Sequence record: PV636258.1
From: a phage
Length of the DNA stretch: 64,000 nucleotides
Strand: one strand, 5' to 3'
Below, piece by piece: positions 19,806-29,517 of this stretch. The number at the start of each line of letters is the position of its first letter. Position 1 is the stretch's first letter. The translations under genes were made by a program, and so were the position numbers. The notes below the pieces were generated by a model, which saw nothing but the letters and a program-made list of their open reading frames with translations, searched no databases and was not told the origin of the DNA.

Positions 19806-20921
19806 TTATGCATCCAATGTGTTCAGGCGTTGTTGGGCAGCATTATAAAATTGTTCTGCAAGTTTGCAAACATTTTCAGGGCGCTGGATATTGTTGGCTG
19901 CGCGGATATCATTTTTCAAGACTTCCACCGCATCAGTAGCCACCATCTCTTCAGTGACTTCTACCTTCTCGGAAGCAACAGTAATCGTCCGATCGATGAA
20001 GTTGTAATCGATGCATTTACAGCGCTTCAATGCGTCACAGAACTTTTCATAATGCTTGGCATTGTCACGGTTCTGTACAATCACCTTAACGATTTGCCCT
20101 TCAATACCCAAAACATTGTTTAACCAATCGGGGTCGATCCAATTACCTTCAGTATCAGAAGACATTTGTGTGTAGTCGTATTCCACGAACCGGAACAACG
20201 TTTGTTGTTCGTTGTTGGGGATAAACAATTCCCCGCCATTCATGTCGTCTACATAGAATCCTCGGTTCGTCCCGTCTTTGTGGTCTTCCCAGGTAAGGTG
20301 ATAAGGAGTCCCAATATACTGAATGTTACCTTCCATCGAACGGGTATGGAAATGTCCGGTATCCACGCGCTCGAATTTCGAAAGGAGCGCCAAGTCGATC
20401 TGACCTTTATCACATACAGAGGACTGGTACATTTTGAACCCTGCCAACTCCAGATGCGCAAAACAGTACTTGGCGTCTGTATCTTGTATCGCTTTAATGG
20501 ACGCATCATAGTTCTCTTTGTTAATCCACGGCAGTAGGAGGGTCTTGACACCTTCAATCATTACTTCAGTTGGTTCACTGTAATAATGATAAACATCTGG
20601 TGCCAATTCATTAAGATAAGAAGGCCAGTTAATGCGATTGGACTCTTCTAACGTGATATCATGGTTGCCGACGATGCCATTCCATTTAATACCTGCTTTG
20701 CGCAGCGCTGGCGTCAATTCATCTTTCAACCAATCTTTATCGCGACCATACATGAATTTGCGAACATCAAACGTATCACCAAATTGCCACACTTCTTTAA
20801 TATCGGCGTCAACCAATTCTGGAATAAAATAATTGATGAGATAATTCTTTATGAATTCTCGAACGTAACGGGAACCATTACGGCTCCCGATATGTAAATC
20901 ACCAATTTTAGCAATCGCCAT
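19806..20921 (-). CDS. 47: recombination endonuclease subunit, Mre11/SbcD-like (T4 gp47-like)
   Basis: calcineurin-like phosphoesterase motifs (GDLH, GDTFD, GNHD, GHFH) colinear with T4 gp47. Confidence 0.9.
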   Translation of the reverse strand: MAIAKIGDLHIGSRNGSRYVREFIKNYLINYFIPELVDADIKEVWQFGDTFDVRKFMYGRDKDWLKDELTPALRKAGIKWNGIVGNHDITLEESNRINWPSYLNELAPDVYHYYSEPTEVMIEGVKTLLLPWINKENYDASIKAIQDTDAKYCFAHLELAGFKMYQSSVCDKGQIDLALLSKFERVDTGHFHTRSMEGNIQYIGTPYHLTWEDHKDGTNRGFYVDDMNGGELFIPNNEQQTLFRFVEYDYTQMSSDTEGNWIDPDWLNNVLGIEGQIVKVIVQNRDNAKHYEKFCDALKRCKCIDYNFIDRTITVASEKVEVTEEMVATDAVEVLKNDIRAANNIQRPENVCKLAEQFYNAAQQRLNTLDA

Positions 20922-21699
20922 TATTTTGTTGCTCCCGTTCTAATGCTCGTTTCTTTGCTTCTTCCCAATCTGGTTCCATAGAACATATTTCGTCTTCCAG
21001 ATTGAATTGAGTAGAGCCGAAGTCATAGTCTGAATTATCTTCGGCGTCGGCGGTAATGGTATTTTCACTCTTTGTGAGACATTGAAGTATACCGCGTGGA
21101 ATTTTCTTATTCTTTTCCTCTTCTTTGATGGCGATTTGCTTTTGGCGTTCCTTTTCGCGCTGGGCTTCTTTCTTAGTTTCAAAATTTCCGATACGCTCAC
21201 GAAAGTCCATTGTTATACCAGTGCTGTCTACGAACGTCTGTTGCTGGAAGTCTGGGTCATCTGATAATGCAGCGAAACCACCTGCTTCTTCAAATGAACG
21301 CAACTTGATATAATTGTGTTCTTCTTCACTGGTGAGTTTCTTGGCGAATGAACGGTCGGCGCACATCGTTACCCAAGAGAAGAAATTGATTTTTCCTTTC
21401 TTGCCGATATGACTGACGTCAAATGTATGGAGGTAACGAAGAATGTTAACAACGGCCTCACTGACCATGTCTTCGCGGTATGGATAATCACGATAGTTGT
21501 AGCGCATACTCATGTTCTTAATAATCATCTGAACATTCATGGCCACATAATTGGGGATTCTTGGTAGGGGTGTTCCTTCGGCCAAAGCCTTTTTGCGAGC
21601 CGGAATCCAATCTCTCAATATTCCAACAACACGGTCATTATCTTCGTCTGTGAAATATTTGGTGACGTTATCACCCCTGTCTACAAAATTCATACCCAT
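20908..21699 (-). CDS. 55: late-transcription sigma factor gp55-like, with C-terminal acidic extension
   Basis: central region resembles T4 gp55 (LHTFD...FFSWVTMCADRSF); start set at ATG 21699 with GAGGA SD (track start is TTG). Confidence 0.65.
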   Translation of the reverse strand: MGMNFVDRGDNVTKYFTDEDNDRVVGILRDWIPARKKALAEGTPLPRIPNYVAMNVQMIIKNMSMRYNYRDYPYREDMVSEAVVNILRYLHTFDVSHIGKKGKINFFSWVTMCADRSFAKKLTSEEEHNYIKLRSFEEAGGFAALSDDPDFQQQTFVDSTGITMDFRERIGNFETKKEAQREKERQKQIAIKEEEKNKKIPRGILQCLTKSENTITADAEDNSDYDFGSTQFNLEDEICSMEPDWEEAKKRALEREQQNNGDC

Positions 21700-21710
21700 C
21701 GTGATAATCC

Positions 21711-22238
21711 TCAAATACCAATGAATTCATTGAAAGAACCAACGACTTTCTTGACCGAGAAACGGTTATTTTCAAGAACCATTGAACTATCTTCTTTGGC
21801 TCTAACGCTCCACTGATCCGCAATTTCGTTGCCCATCGTTCCTGCATGACCTTTCACCCATTTTAATTCAAGTTCACAAATTGAACAAACTTTGTCATAA
21901 TAATCGAACAACTCGAGCAGAAGTTCTGTGTTCTTAGGCGGCATTCCTTCATATTCCCATTTACGACGCCACTCCAAAACGCTATTGATAACATATTGGC
22001 TGTCGGATATGATGCGGGCTGGGGGAATGCAGCGTTTACCGCAATTAGAGAATTTCCATAGGATCTTCATTGCGTTTATAACCCCGAGTAACTCAGCTAT
22101 ATTGTTCGTTGACGGCGGGGGTAAATACCCATAAAACACTTTCCATTGCTCTCCAGTGATTGGACTGATGGCAAATGCCCAACCAGCGGCTCGTGTCTTC
22201 TGAGGGGACGATGCCCCGTCAGTGTATATTTCAATCAT
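21711..22238 (-). CDS. ribonuclease HI (RnhA-type)
   Basis: IEIYTDGAS, NNIAEL, DSQYV, W.KGHAGTMGNEIAD catalytic motifs; ATG 22238 chosen over TTG 22253. Confidence 0.85.
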   Translation of the reverse strand: MIEIYTDGASSPQKTRAAGWAFAISPITGEQWKVFYGYLPPPSTNNIAELLGVINAMKILWKFSNCGKRCIPPARIISDSQYVINSVLEWRRKWEYEGMPPKNTELLLELFDYYDKVCSICELELKWVKGHAGTMGNEIADQWSVRAKEDSSMVLENNRFSVKKVVGSFNEFIGI

Positions 22239-22280
22239 GTATAAGTATCCCAAACTGGTTTTATCGATGAGGAACGAATC

Positions 22281-23048
22281 ATGTCAGAACGCGCATATCG
22301 TTTCAGTCTGACCGCCCCAGAAATTGAGCGTTTGCTCTTGTCTATAAATGATTCCATACAAAAGCTGGACATCATTTATGACTACACGGCGGGTGGGACT
22401 GAAGGTCAAGTCGCAGCTGCGTCAGCTGTCAAAAACATGTGGCTAAAACTTAATGAGATGGTCACAGGTGAAGGTCTTAAAGACGCAATCAATGCAGCTA
22501 ACGACAGCAACGTATTCACCGATTATTATAAGTCTATTTTAGATCGCGAAACCTGGAAATTTATTGGTTCTCCGGCAGATTTATTAGCAAGGGACGATAT
22601 AGACACTTCCAATTTTGAAGGCGGTGAAGTAATCCTCCTACAAAAGAACGCTTCGGGCAACCCAGAATTCCAATACTGGAAAAGAACTCCTGTGGCAGGA
22701 GGTGATCCAATATTTGGTTGGGGATCTGTTTATGAAGGAAACTCCAACGACTCTTCTATTGATATTCCGGTTGTTGGGACCAGCATACTGAAGACCATCC
22801 CAAAAGCATTGTTTCATATGGTCGAATTCCGAGTACATGCTCGAGAGTCTACCCTCGGTCATTGGCAGGACACTGATGGCAAAATCGGTTATCGTGGTGA
22901 AGATCTGATTTATAGCCTGTATAATCATGTTCAAACCAAACCGATCGCAAATATATCTTTCAGCCAAGATGTGGACAATATGATTATCACGATAACGACA
23001 CTTGAACCAAATATCAAGTGCCATTTATCGTTTATTGCGGGTTATTAA
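22281..23048 (+). CDS. hypothetical protein (255 aa) on opposite strand
   Basis: ATG 22281 with GAGGA SD 8 nt upstream; fills a gap with no convincing minus-strand gene; convergent overlap with helicase stop. Confidence 0.5.
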   Translation: MSERAYRFSLTAPEIERLLLSINDSIQKLDIIYDYTAGGTEGQVAAASAVKNMWLKLNEMVTGEGLKDAINAANDSNVFTDYYKSILDRETWKFIGSPADLLARDDIDTSNFEGGEVILLQKNASGNPEFQYWKRTPVAGGDPIFGWGSVYEGNSNDSSIDIPVVGTSILKTIPKALFHMVEFRVHARESTLGHWQDTDGKIGYRGEDLIYSLYNHVQTKPIANISFSQDVDNMIITITTLEPNIKCHLSFIAGY

Positions 23049-24766
23049 ACCTCAAACACTGCATCGGTGAACCAGGTTGGGAAGAATTCTGGGTTGCGCA
23101 TCATAAGAGATTCAAAGGATGAATCAATGATGTATGTCGCAGCCCAGTCATCAACACCCCTGACCGAACGCCCACACATTTGAACAATGCGCAGTACTGC
23201 ATTGCGGAAATATGCCGACGGATCCACTGAATTGATATGTGCTATCAGTGGATCGCCCAGATAATCATAAGGGACTTTGATCAGTATTTGGAAACGGCTG
23301 TAATCCCCTTTGAAATCATAACCTTCTTCCATAGCCGGACTGGCAATGACGCATGGGGACTTTGTTCTAAAAGCATTTTCCATAATATCCATCAACGCCT
23401 TTCGGGTGCGCGGAACATGGATAAAATTCTGATATTTACTGAATTTTTGTATTGCCAAGGCGCGATCATAACTCACTGTATGGATAATGCCGGACTGACC
23501 TGGGTGGAACGCGATTATTTCATCAATATATTCCGTCAACCTTTTCATTTCATAGTCGCCCATATTGTTAGTCATCTTCACTATGGGCATATAGTTGACT
23601 TTTCTGTTTTCAATTGGGATAGGGTTGCCGATCTGAATGGAATGATAATCCCCCTGTCGAATACCCAATGAACGAGCATAAGAATCTATGCCGCAGATCG
23701 TTGCTGACATATGAACGTGATAATCGGCTTTTCGGAATAACCCGAATTCACTTACATCAGAAGGCATAACAGGTTTAAACCGAATAAAATCTTCCCCCTT
23801 TTCTTGCACAATAAATGTACTTGCTTGGGTTTGTGACATAATACCGCAATAATCACTCAAGTTGTGCAAGACATCTATAATGTCTGCGAGTTTCATCACT
23901 TGGCTTTCACTCAAGCGATCATCTTCGACCAATTCTTCAAGGACTTCCAACAAATTTTCTACTTTGAGATGGAGGTCTTCAAACATTGAATGTAGTTCAC
24001 CAGACAAAGAATATAACTTGCCCAGGACATAGTCCTTGGTACGTTCTACGATATCACCAATGGTAGAGACGATCTCCTTGCCCTCAGGGATAGAACGCAG
24101 CCCCTCCACGGCCTTTGTATTGTATTCCATGATCGTGTGCTCTAGGAGCGTAGAGGGCATTTTATGGCACTCGTCAAGAATCAGCATATCGGAACGGTTT
24201 TCGGGCTTCATGCAGATGGTTGTACACATTTCGATCATCATGGCAGCATTAGTACAACGCAATGATGAAATATCCGTCCACAAATTACGCGCCTGTACAT
24301 AAGGACAGCGGCGTTTGCTACAATGCCCGTCACGGCATGCTATACGGCATTGGACAGCATTGTAATACACATCTGGATGTACGTGGCAACGATAATTCTT
24401 CTTGCCTTTTAGGATATCGATTGATACTGCTTTTTCAGCAGCATACTGATCTTGCAGACCTTTGGTCGGGGTGCTGATAGAAGTGCGAAATTGCCCATAA
24501 GGATCAGCCTGTAAAACTAGATGGCGAATCACTTTATGAATGGTAGTTCCAATCAAAGATTTACCGACGCCTGTCGGAGCTTCAATGATGACATGTTTAA
24601 CCTTTTTGTTGATAAGCGCATCTATGGCTTCGATGATGCATTCCATCTGGCCTGGGTTCGCTTTGTCATATGGGAATTCATCTTTGGCAAGGCGTTGTAT
24701 TTCTTCCATAGGAACCTTACGGCCTATGGCGTCAATCGCCTTTCGGTGTTGATTAAATGCTGTCAC
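23045..24766 (-). CDS. DinG/XPD (Rad3)-family Fe-S helicase-like protein
   Basis: Walker A APTGVGKS, DECH box, four-Cys cluster region CHVHPD...CRIACRDGHC...CPY between them; GTG start 24766 with AAGGAGG SD. Confidence 0.75.
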   Translation of the reverse strand: MTAFNQHRKAIDAIGRKVPMEEIQRLAKDEFPYDKANPGQMECIIEAIDALINKKVKHVIIEAPTGVGKSLIGTTIHKVIRHLVLQADPYGQFRTSISTPTKGLQDQYAAEKAVSIDILKGKKNYRCHVHPDVYYNAVQCRIACRDGHCSKRRCPYVQARNLWTDISSLRCTNAAMMIEMCTTICMKPENRSDMLILDECHKMPSTLLEHTIMEYNTKAVEGLRSIPEGKEIVSTIGDIVERTKDYVLGKLYSLSGELHSMFEDLHLKVENLLEVLEELVEDDRLSESQVMKLADIIDVLHNLSDYCGIMSQTQASTFIVQEKGEDFIRFKPVMPSDVSEFGLFRKADYHVHMSATICGIDSYARSLGIRQGDYHSIQIGNPIPIENRKVNYMPIVKMTNNMGDYEMKRLTEYIDEIIAFHPGQSGIIHTVSYDRALAIQKFSKYQNFIHVPRTRKALMDIMENAFRTKSPCVIASPAMEEGYDFKGDYSRFQILIKVPYDYLGDPLIAHINSVDPSAYFRNAVLRIVQMCGRSVRGVDDWAATYIIDSSFESLMMRNPEFFPTWFTDAVFEV

Positions 24767-24815
24767 GTTGTTCCTCCTTTGGATTCTGTTATAGTTTACC
24801 CGAATCCCAACAACG

Positions 24816-24850
24816 AAAAAGCCGAGGCATTAACCTCGGCTTTCTCTTTT
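24816..24850 (-). terminator. bidirectional rho-independent terminator
   Basis: hairpin gccgagg/cctcggc flanked by A-run and T-run. Confidence 0.6.
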
Positions 24851-24901
24851 AGCCTTGCGCCGCTGCACTGCAGACATGCGCTGGGCCGACGCCTGGTGTG
24901 A

Positions 24902-25180
24902 TTACTGGCCGTTGGCAGCAGCTTTCAGACCTTCACCGACTTTGAATTTAACTACATTTTTCGCTTCGATCTGGATCTGTTGTCCGTTCAGCGGGTTGCG
25001 GCCAGTGCGCGCTTCCTGATGTTTAACTTCGAACGCGCCGAAGCCTACGAATTGGACAGATTGGCCAGCCGCGACTGCAGTTTTCACGCCATTGATAAAA
25101 GATGCAACGATTTTCTCAGCTTCGCCTTTGGTCATACCCTGAGTCTGGGCGATGTGAGCGATAAAATCAGTACGGTTCAT
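24902..25180 (-). CDS. HU/IHF-family DNA-binding protein
   Basis: MNRTDFIAHIA...GFGAFEV...RNPLNGQ typical of HU; ATG 25180 with GGAGT SD. Confidence 0.85.
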   Translation of the reverse strand: MNRTDFIAHIAQTQGMTKGEAEKIVASFINGVKTAVAAGQSVQFVGFGAFEVKHQEARTGRNPLNGQQIQIEAKNVVKFKVGEGLKAAANGQ

Positions 25181-25263
25181 TCGGATTACTCCAGTTGGTT
25201 GTTTACGATGTTTCACTACAAGAGGACTACAGCTTACCTAACAAATATTATTGAATAAAGCGT

Positions 25264-26055
25264 TTATTTGCCGACGTTCAGAATTTTACCTGAGCCGGAT
25301 CCGTCAACGATCAGAGTACATTTCCCGCTGTTGGCGCAAGATTGCAACACCATGTTATATTCGTGTTGTAAATATTCAGATGTCAGAGATGTCGTCAGTT
25401 TCTGATTCGCCTTGGCTTCTTGGTCGCGAATTTCAACGTTCTTTCTTGCTGTATCCAAACGTTTGTCAGCCATGACATTATCACGGATAGATTGCTCAAT
25501 CGAAGGATCTGTCAGCGCCTTTTTCACCAACACGCGTGTGATTGTGAACATGCCAGGCGCAGCAGTTTCCAATTGCTGCTGGGTGCGTTCCTTGATCATC
25601 TTTTCTAACTCAGCCCGTTGGGTGTGAATTGTCATAGAATCCAAAGAAGAAACGGCGTCCATCGTTGAGGATGCTGCGGCGGTTTTAACCAGGTTGAATC
25701 CCACCGCTATCGTGCCGTCACCGAGTTCAGCGCTCTGACCTGCAAATTTGGTATGGAACCAAGGAACCTTCGCGACGTTCGGTGTGTAATAAACGTCCAC
25801 ATCCAGATCTTCCAAGGTCAGGTTGTCTTTGGCCTTTGGCGTCATTTTCGTCAGACTCACGACGGCTTCTTTAGTCGTATAGACATCTACACTTGAAACG
25901 AAACTGGTGTAGATACCTGCGGTTACAGGGTTCATGTCCACTTCACCCCATTGGGTTCGAACACCGACGTTTCCTTCATCGATAACACCGCCGCAGCCTG
26001 AAAGAAGGCTTGTTGCTAGGACCATAATTGCGCCAAATACCAGTTTCTTGAACAT
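25264..26055 (-). CDS. SPFH (band-7/stomatin-prohibitin)-domain lipoprotein
   Basis: lipobox LLSGC after hydrophobic leader; SPFH-like core (EGNVGV...TKEAV...KDNLTLEDLDVDVYYT); AAGGAG SD; ATGA-coupled to upstream small membrane ORF. Confidence 0.65.
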   Translation of the reverse strand: MFKKLVFGAIMVLATSLLSGCGGVIDEGNVGVRTQWGEVDMNPVTAGIYTSFVSSVDVYTTKEAVVSLTKMTPKAKDNLTLEDLDVDVYYTPNVAKVPWFHTKFAGQSAELGDGTIAVGFNLVKTAAASSTMDAVSSLDSMTIHTQRAELEKMIKERTQQQLETAAPGMFTITRVLVKKALTDPSIEQSIRDNVMADKRLDTARKNVEIRDQEAKANQKLTTSLTSEYLQHEYNMVLQSCANSGKCTLIVDGSGSGKILNVGK

Positions 26056-26264
26056 CAATGTACTCCTTCAAAAATGTAAATATAAGCACCCAATGTGAGT
26101 GCAGTTATTGTAACCGAAGAAATCAGCAGTAGGAAAGTTACTCTCACCCGTTTGCGCCAACGTTTACTTCGGTAGATTTTAGTCTCTTTCAAGTATTTGA
26201 AAAAGAAAAATAAAATGAATGTTGAAATTACGAATATGAACAGATAACGGATTAACCCGATCAT
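26055..26264 (-). CDS. small two-helix membrane protein (69 aa)
   Basis: two hydrophobic segments separated by a basic loop (RSKRWRKRVR); translationally coupled to SPFH gene. Confidence 0.5.
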   Translation of the reverse strand: MIGLIRYLFIFVISTFILFFFFKYLKETKIYRSKRWRKRVRVTFLLLISSVTITALTLGAYIYIFEGVH

Positions 26265-26581
26265 ATTTCCCACCCTGTGCTACGCAGATGATCAAAATAA
26301 TCGTTGAGTTCGTCAATATCTTCGATATCAACCCAACGATCATCCAGTCCCATATCATTTAGATCTTCTTCAGTCAGATCATGTTGATAAATCTGAATGC
26401 CCGAAGCATTACAATAATCCGGCTTGATATTGTTGTTGAACTGGAACAAATCATAATCAGCCAGAGTATTCTTCAGGCGCTGCGCTTCTTCAAATGTTGG
26501 AACCTCAACATGAAAAGCGATCCCAGGAACCTGGGGAATATGCCAAACACGAAATTTAAGTTCAAATGGTTTATTCGACAT
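26261..26581 (-). CDS. hypothetical acidic protein (106 aa)
   Basis: ATG 26581. Confidence 0.5.
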   Translation of the reverse strand: MSNKPFELKFRVWHIPQVPGIAFHVEVPTFEEAQRLKNTLADYDLFQFNNNIKPDYCNASGIQIYQHDLTEEDLNDMGLDDRWVDIEDIDELNDYFDHLRSTGWEI

Positions 26582-26858
26582 GTTGTTCTTCCTGCGCCAA
26601 TATTACTTTCATTTGCTCACGAGTAATGATGGTTTCAACAAGATTCTCGTCAATCATCATTTCGTTTAACAGTTCACAACCCAGCACGTGTGGTCGCGCC
26701 ATATACGGTATGGCGTTGAGTTTTTCTTCTATGTCAAGAACGCGCTTGACAGTCAGACCCATAGAAGAAAAGGGAACAGGATAAAAGAATGAAATGATCT
26801 GATTATCCATCCCGTTTGAAAATCTTACCAACAATACATCACACCATACGCCGGACAT
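26571..26858 (-). CDS. hypothetical protein (95 aa)
   Basis: ATG 26858 with GGAGGTG SD. Confidence 0.45.
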   Translation of the reverse strand: MSGVWCDVLLVRFSNGMDNQIISFFYPVPFSSMGLTVKRVLDIEEKLNAIPYMARPHVLGCELLNEMMIDENLVETIITREQMKVILAQEEQHVE

Positions 26859-26859
26859 A

Positions 26860-27528
26860 TTACACCTCCAGACGGTTACAATGAGAAAGCGCGTTATCAA
26901 TCTGTTCCCGAGACAGATATTCCAACGGGTTGCGAGAATACGCGTCTAACAGCAGCAGTTGGAGCACAGCGCGATTACGAGTTTCACTCTCCATCATGAT
27001 ACCGTTCATATGTGGTGAACGGGCTGTCCATACAACATACTGACCTAAATCGTCGTTGGCAGTCAGGCTAATGCGAAACTGATTACACAATTTGTCGATT
27101 AACGCATAATCATATGTGAACGTCCCTTCAGTTTTCCAGCTTGATTTCTTCACCTGAAGAGCTTCACCACGAGTTCTGAATTCTAACGTCACTCCATGAG
27201 TTTCATTGTCGAAATGAACAACTCTCTGAGTTTCATTTTTCAGAGTCCGGTTCATATTATATGCGAAGAAACGGGCGTCGATCTCCCTATTGCTCATGGA
27301 ATTAAAATCGATCGGCCAAAAACGAGCGCGCATAATCGCGCCTTCTGGCAATACAATTAGTCCATTTTCACGGGAGACATAGCAAAGACGTTTAACTGCA
27401 GGGTCAGGATGTTCCACACAATAAACGGAAATTCCAGTGGGAAGGATAGCGTGGGCGACAACACCAGATCTTTCAAAATATAAATTACCCTGGTCAGCCC
27501 CGATGATAATACGGCTCTTGTTGTTCAT
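26860..27528 (-). CDS. hypothetical protein (222 aa)
   Basis: ATG 27528; preceded by hairpin+ATTTGAGA element. Confidence 0.6.
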   Translation of the reverse strand: MNNKSRIIIGADQGNLYFERSGVVAHAILPTGISVYCVEHPDPAVKRLCYVSRENGLIVLPEGAIMRARFWPIDFNSMSNREIDARFFAYNMNRTLKNETQRVVHFDNETHGVTLEFRTRGEALQVKKSSWKTEGTFTYDYALIDKLCNQFRISLTANDDLGQYVVWTARSPHMNGIMMESETRNRAVLQLLLLDAYSRNPLEYLSREQIDNALSHCNRLEV

Positions 27529-27584
27529 AATATAGATCTCTCAAATAAAGGCGGTTTAATAATAACCGCCCTTGTATTATAGAA

Positions 27585-28376
27585 TTATTTTATATCACCG
27601 ACATACATGTTCAAACTTTCATCCCATTCTAAACGAACGCGGATGGTTCCGGAATCGTTAGGGAAAGACAACTTACTAGACATATGTTTGTTGGCATACG
27701 TTCCGCTCTTGTTTACAGGATAATCTTTACCTTCACCGATTGCGAATCGTTTGAAGTTCCGACTCACCATCATATTAATGTTAGGCCACTGCAATTGTTC
27801 CCGTAGGGTTTTGCACAATATAATCTTCCCATTAGACCGGAAAGACACGAATAAATCATTTGGTGAAGAAAATCGCCTTTCTTGCGGGCATAATTGCCTG
27901 ATTGAAATAAACTCAGATTCTTCTTTATTCTCAACTGGAGACTTCACGGGTTCTTCTTTTCGTTTTTCTGCATATTGCTCAACAGCCTTTTGGCTGATAG
28001 GCGGCAGATCAATAGAAGGGGAGATGACTGCGGGCTTAACGACTGGTGAAGTACGAGCGACTCGAAGTTTTTCCTGAGCCTCTAAAATCCTTTCTTGGCG
28101 GGTTTTGGGTTTAGTTTCAACCTTAGAGCTGAAATCGCAGACTGTAACCCAATCACCCTGATCATTGCGCTTGGCAACCAGAGTCAATTTATAGATGATG
28201 CCCTGCAGCTTGCTTTCGCGCATAGTATCTGCGAACCAGAAAGCGCAACCCTGCTCGAACTTTTCAGCGAAGATGACGCGCCCATCTTCGTGAATCAGAA
28301 TGACCTTTGCTTTGTTGGGTGCGAACATCTTATTCTTTTCAATGATCGATTCGGCGATCTTTTTGGTAATAATCAT
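27585..28376 (-). CDS. hypothetical protein (263 aa)
   Basis: ATG 28376. Confidence 0.6.
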   Translation of the reverse strand: MIITKKIAESIIEKNKMFAPNKAKVILIHEDGRVIFAEKFEQGCAFWFADTMRESKLQGIIYKLTLVAKRNDQGDWVTVCDFSSKVETKPKTRQERILEAQEKLRVARTSPVVKPAVISPSIDLPPISQKAVEQYAEKRKEEPVKSPVENKEESEFISIRQLCPQERRFSSPNDLFVSFRSNGKIILCKTLREQLQWPNINMMVSRNFKRFAIGEGKDYPVNKSGTYANKHMSSKLSFPNDSGTIRVRLEWDESLNMYVGDIK

Positions 28377-28426
28377 CACGAAGTATTTCCTTTCAGTTCA
28401 ATGGAAGTTAAATTTTAACCTGAAAA

Positions 28427-28747
28427 TTATCTTTGATTTCCAACGAAATTAGTTGCAATTTCACGGCACATAGTCAGATCTTTAATAGTCTGTTTGCTGT
28501 TGTCTGCGGCAGATTCCATCATAGATAAATCAAGCGCATTCTCTATCTGGTCCACACTATAGAGATCAAGGCGTTTCAATTCACCTTCATAATCAGATAA
28601 AAGAATTGATGTATCCTTATCATCCGGATGGAATTGTTGATATGTAGACAACCAAGCAGCACAAATATTCAACTTACTGGCCGGAGCTGCCAATACTTGG
28701 GAAGACATGAAAGTGCACAGGAATAACAATAAGATTTTGATTTTCAT
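28427..28747 (-). CDS. secreted protein with signal peptide (106 aa)
   Basis: MKIKILLLFLCTFMSSQVLAAP signal peptide; AAGGAG SD. Confidence 0.55.
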   Translation of the reverse strand: MKIKILLLFLCTFMSSQVLAAPASKLNICAAWLSTYQQFHPDDKDTSILLSDYEGELKRLDLYSVDQIENALDLSMMESAADNSKQTIKDLTMCREIATNFVGNQR

Positions 28748-29433
28748 CTTTCGTTCTCCTTCATCATATTATCACAGTCAATTCTTGTTTGCTTGAGTTC
28801 ACGGGAAAGCCTTGGATCATCAAGATTGACAGACAAATTAGTGGAAAGATCTTTCAAACCATTCTGAACACGGTCTTCATAATAATGATCATTTTCCACC
28901 AGCCATGCTCTCAGGCCAAGGGCGCGAGTCCGCCATTCCTTTTTCAAACGTCGATCAGATTCTTGATCAGCACTGTATTCAAATACTCGGATACATTGGT
29001 TGCCATCATTGATGAGATCCAGCTGACGTCGGCCAACCTGCACACCTTTTTGTAATGCTGGAGAAGGAAGAGAACGGCACTGTCTTACGGTCATTCGTCC
29101 TTGTGTGACCATACGACCAGTCATGATGAGATCGCCAGCCTCCATGCCTCCTCGGTTAAATTCTTCGTCGTTCATATATCCTTTCAGGTTGAATGCGCCT
29201 TGCTTATATCGATTAAACTCGATACCAGCATTTACAACGGCATCTGTGACATTACCTGTGGCCCAGAGTTCAGCAAAGTTCTCTATGGAACCAGTTTTGT
29301 CTATAGCCACGGCTTGGGAGAACCCAGCACAGTAGGAAAGATCAGACCACAGTTTTTCACCTGTGGAATTCAGCTTGGCTGTGGCAGGAAGTGCCAGACC
29401 AGCCAGCACAACCGCGATGATTAAACGTTTCAT
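28744..29433 (-). CDS. secreted/periplasmic protein with signal peptide (229 aa)
   Basis: MKRLIIAVVLAGLALPATA signal peptide from ATG 29433 with AAGGAG SD; early-type promoter upstream. Confidence 0.55.
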   Translation of the reverse strand: MKRLIIAVVLAGLALPATAKLNSTGEKLWSDLSYCAGFSQAVAIDKTGSIENFAELWATGNVTDAVVNAGIEFNRYKQGAFNLKGYMNDEEFNRGGMEAGDLIMTGRMVTQGRMTVRQCRSLPSPALQKGVQVGRRQLDLINDGNQCIRVFEYSADQESDRRLKKEWRTRALGLRAWLVENDHYYEDRVQNGLKDLSTNLSVNLDDPRLSRELKQTRIDCDNMMKENER

Positions 29434-29461
29434 GGTGATTCTCCTTATTTCATTGGATAAA

Positions 29462-29490
29462 ATGATAGGGCTGTCACCATGTTGAGTAAA
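29462..29490 (-). promoter_or_regulatory. sigma70-like early promoter TTTACT-N17-TATCAT
   Basis: minus strand TTTACTcaacatggtgacagcccTATCAT upstream of 29433. Confidence 0.35.
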
Positions 29491-29517
29491 GGGTTTCAAT
29501 AAACTATCGTATTCAGA

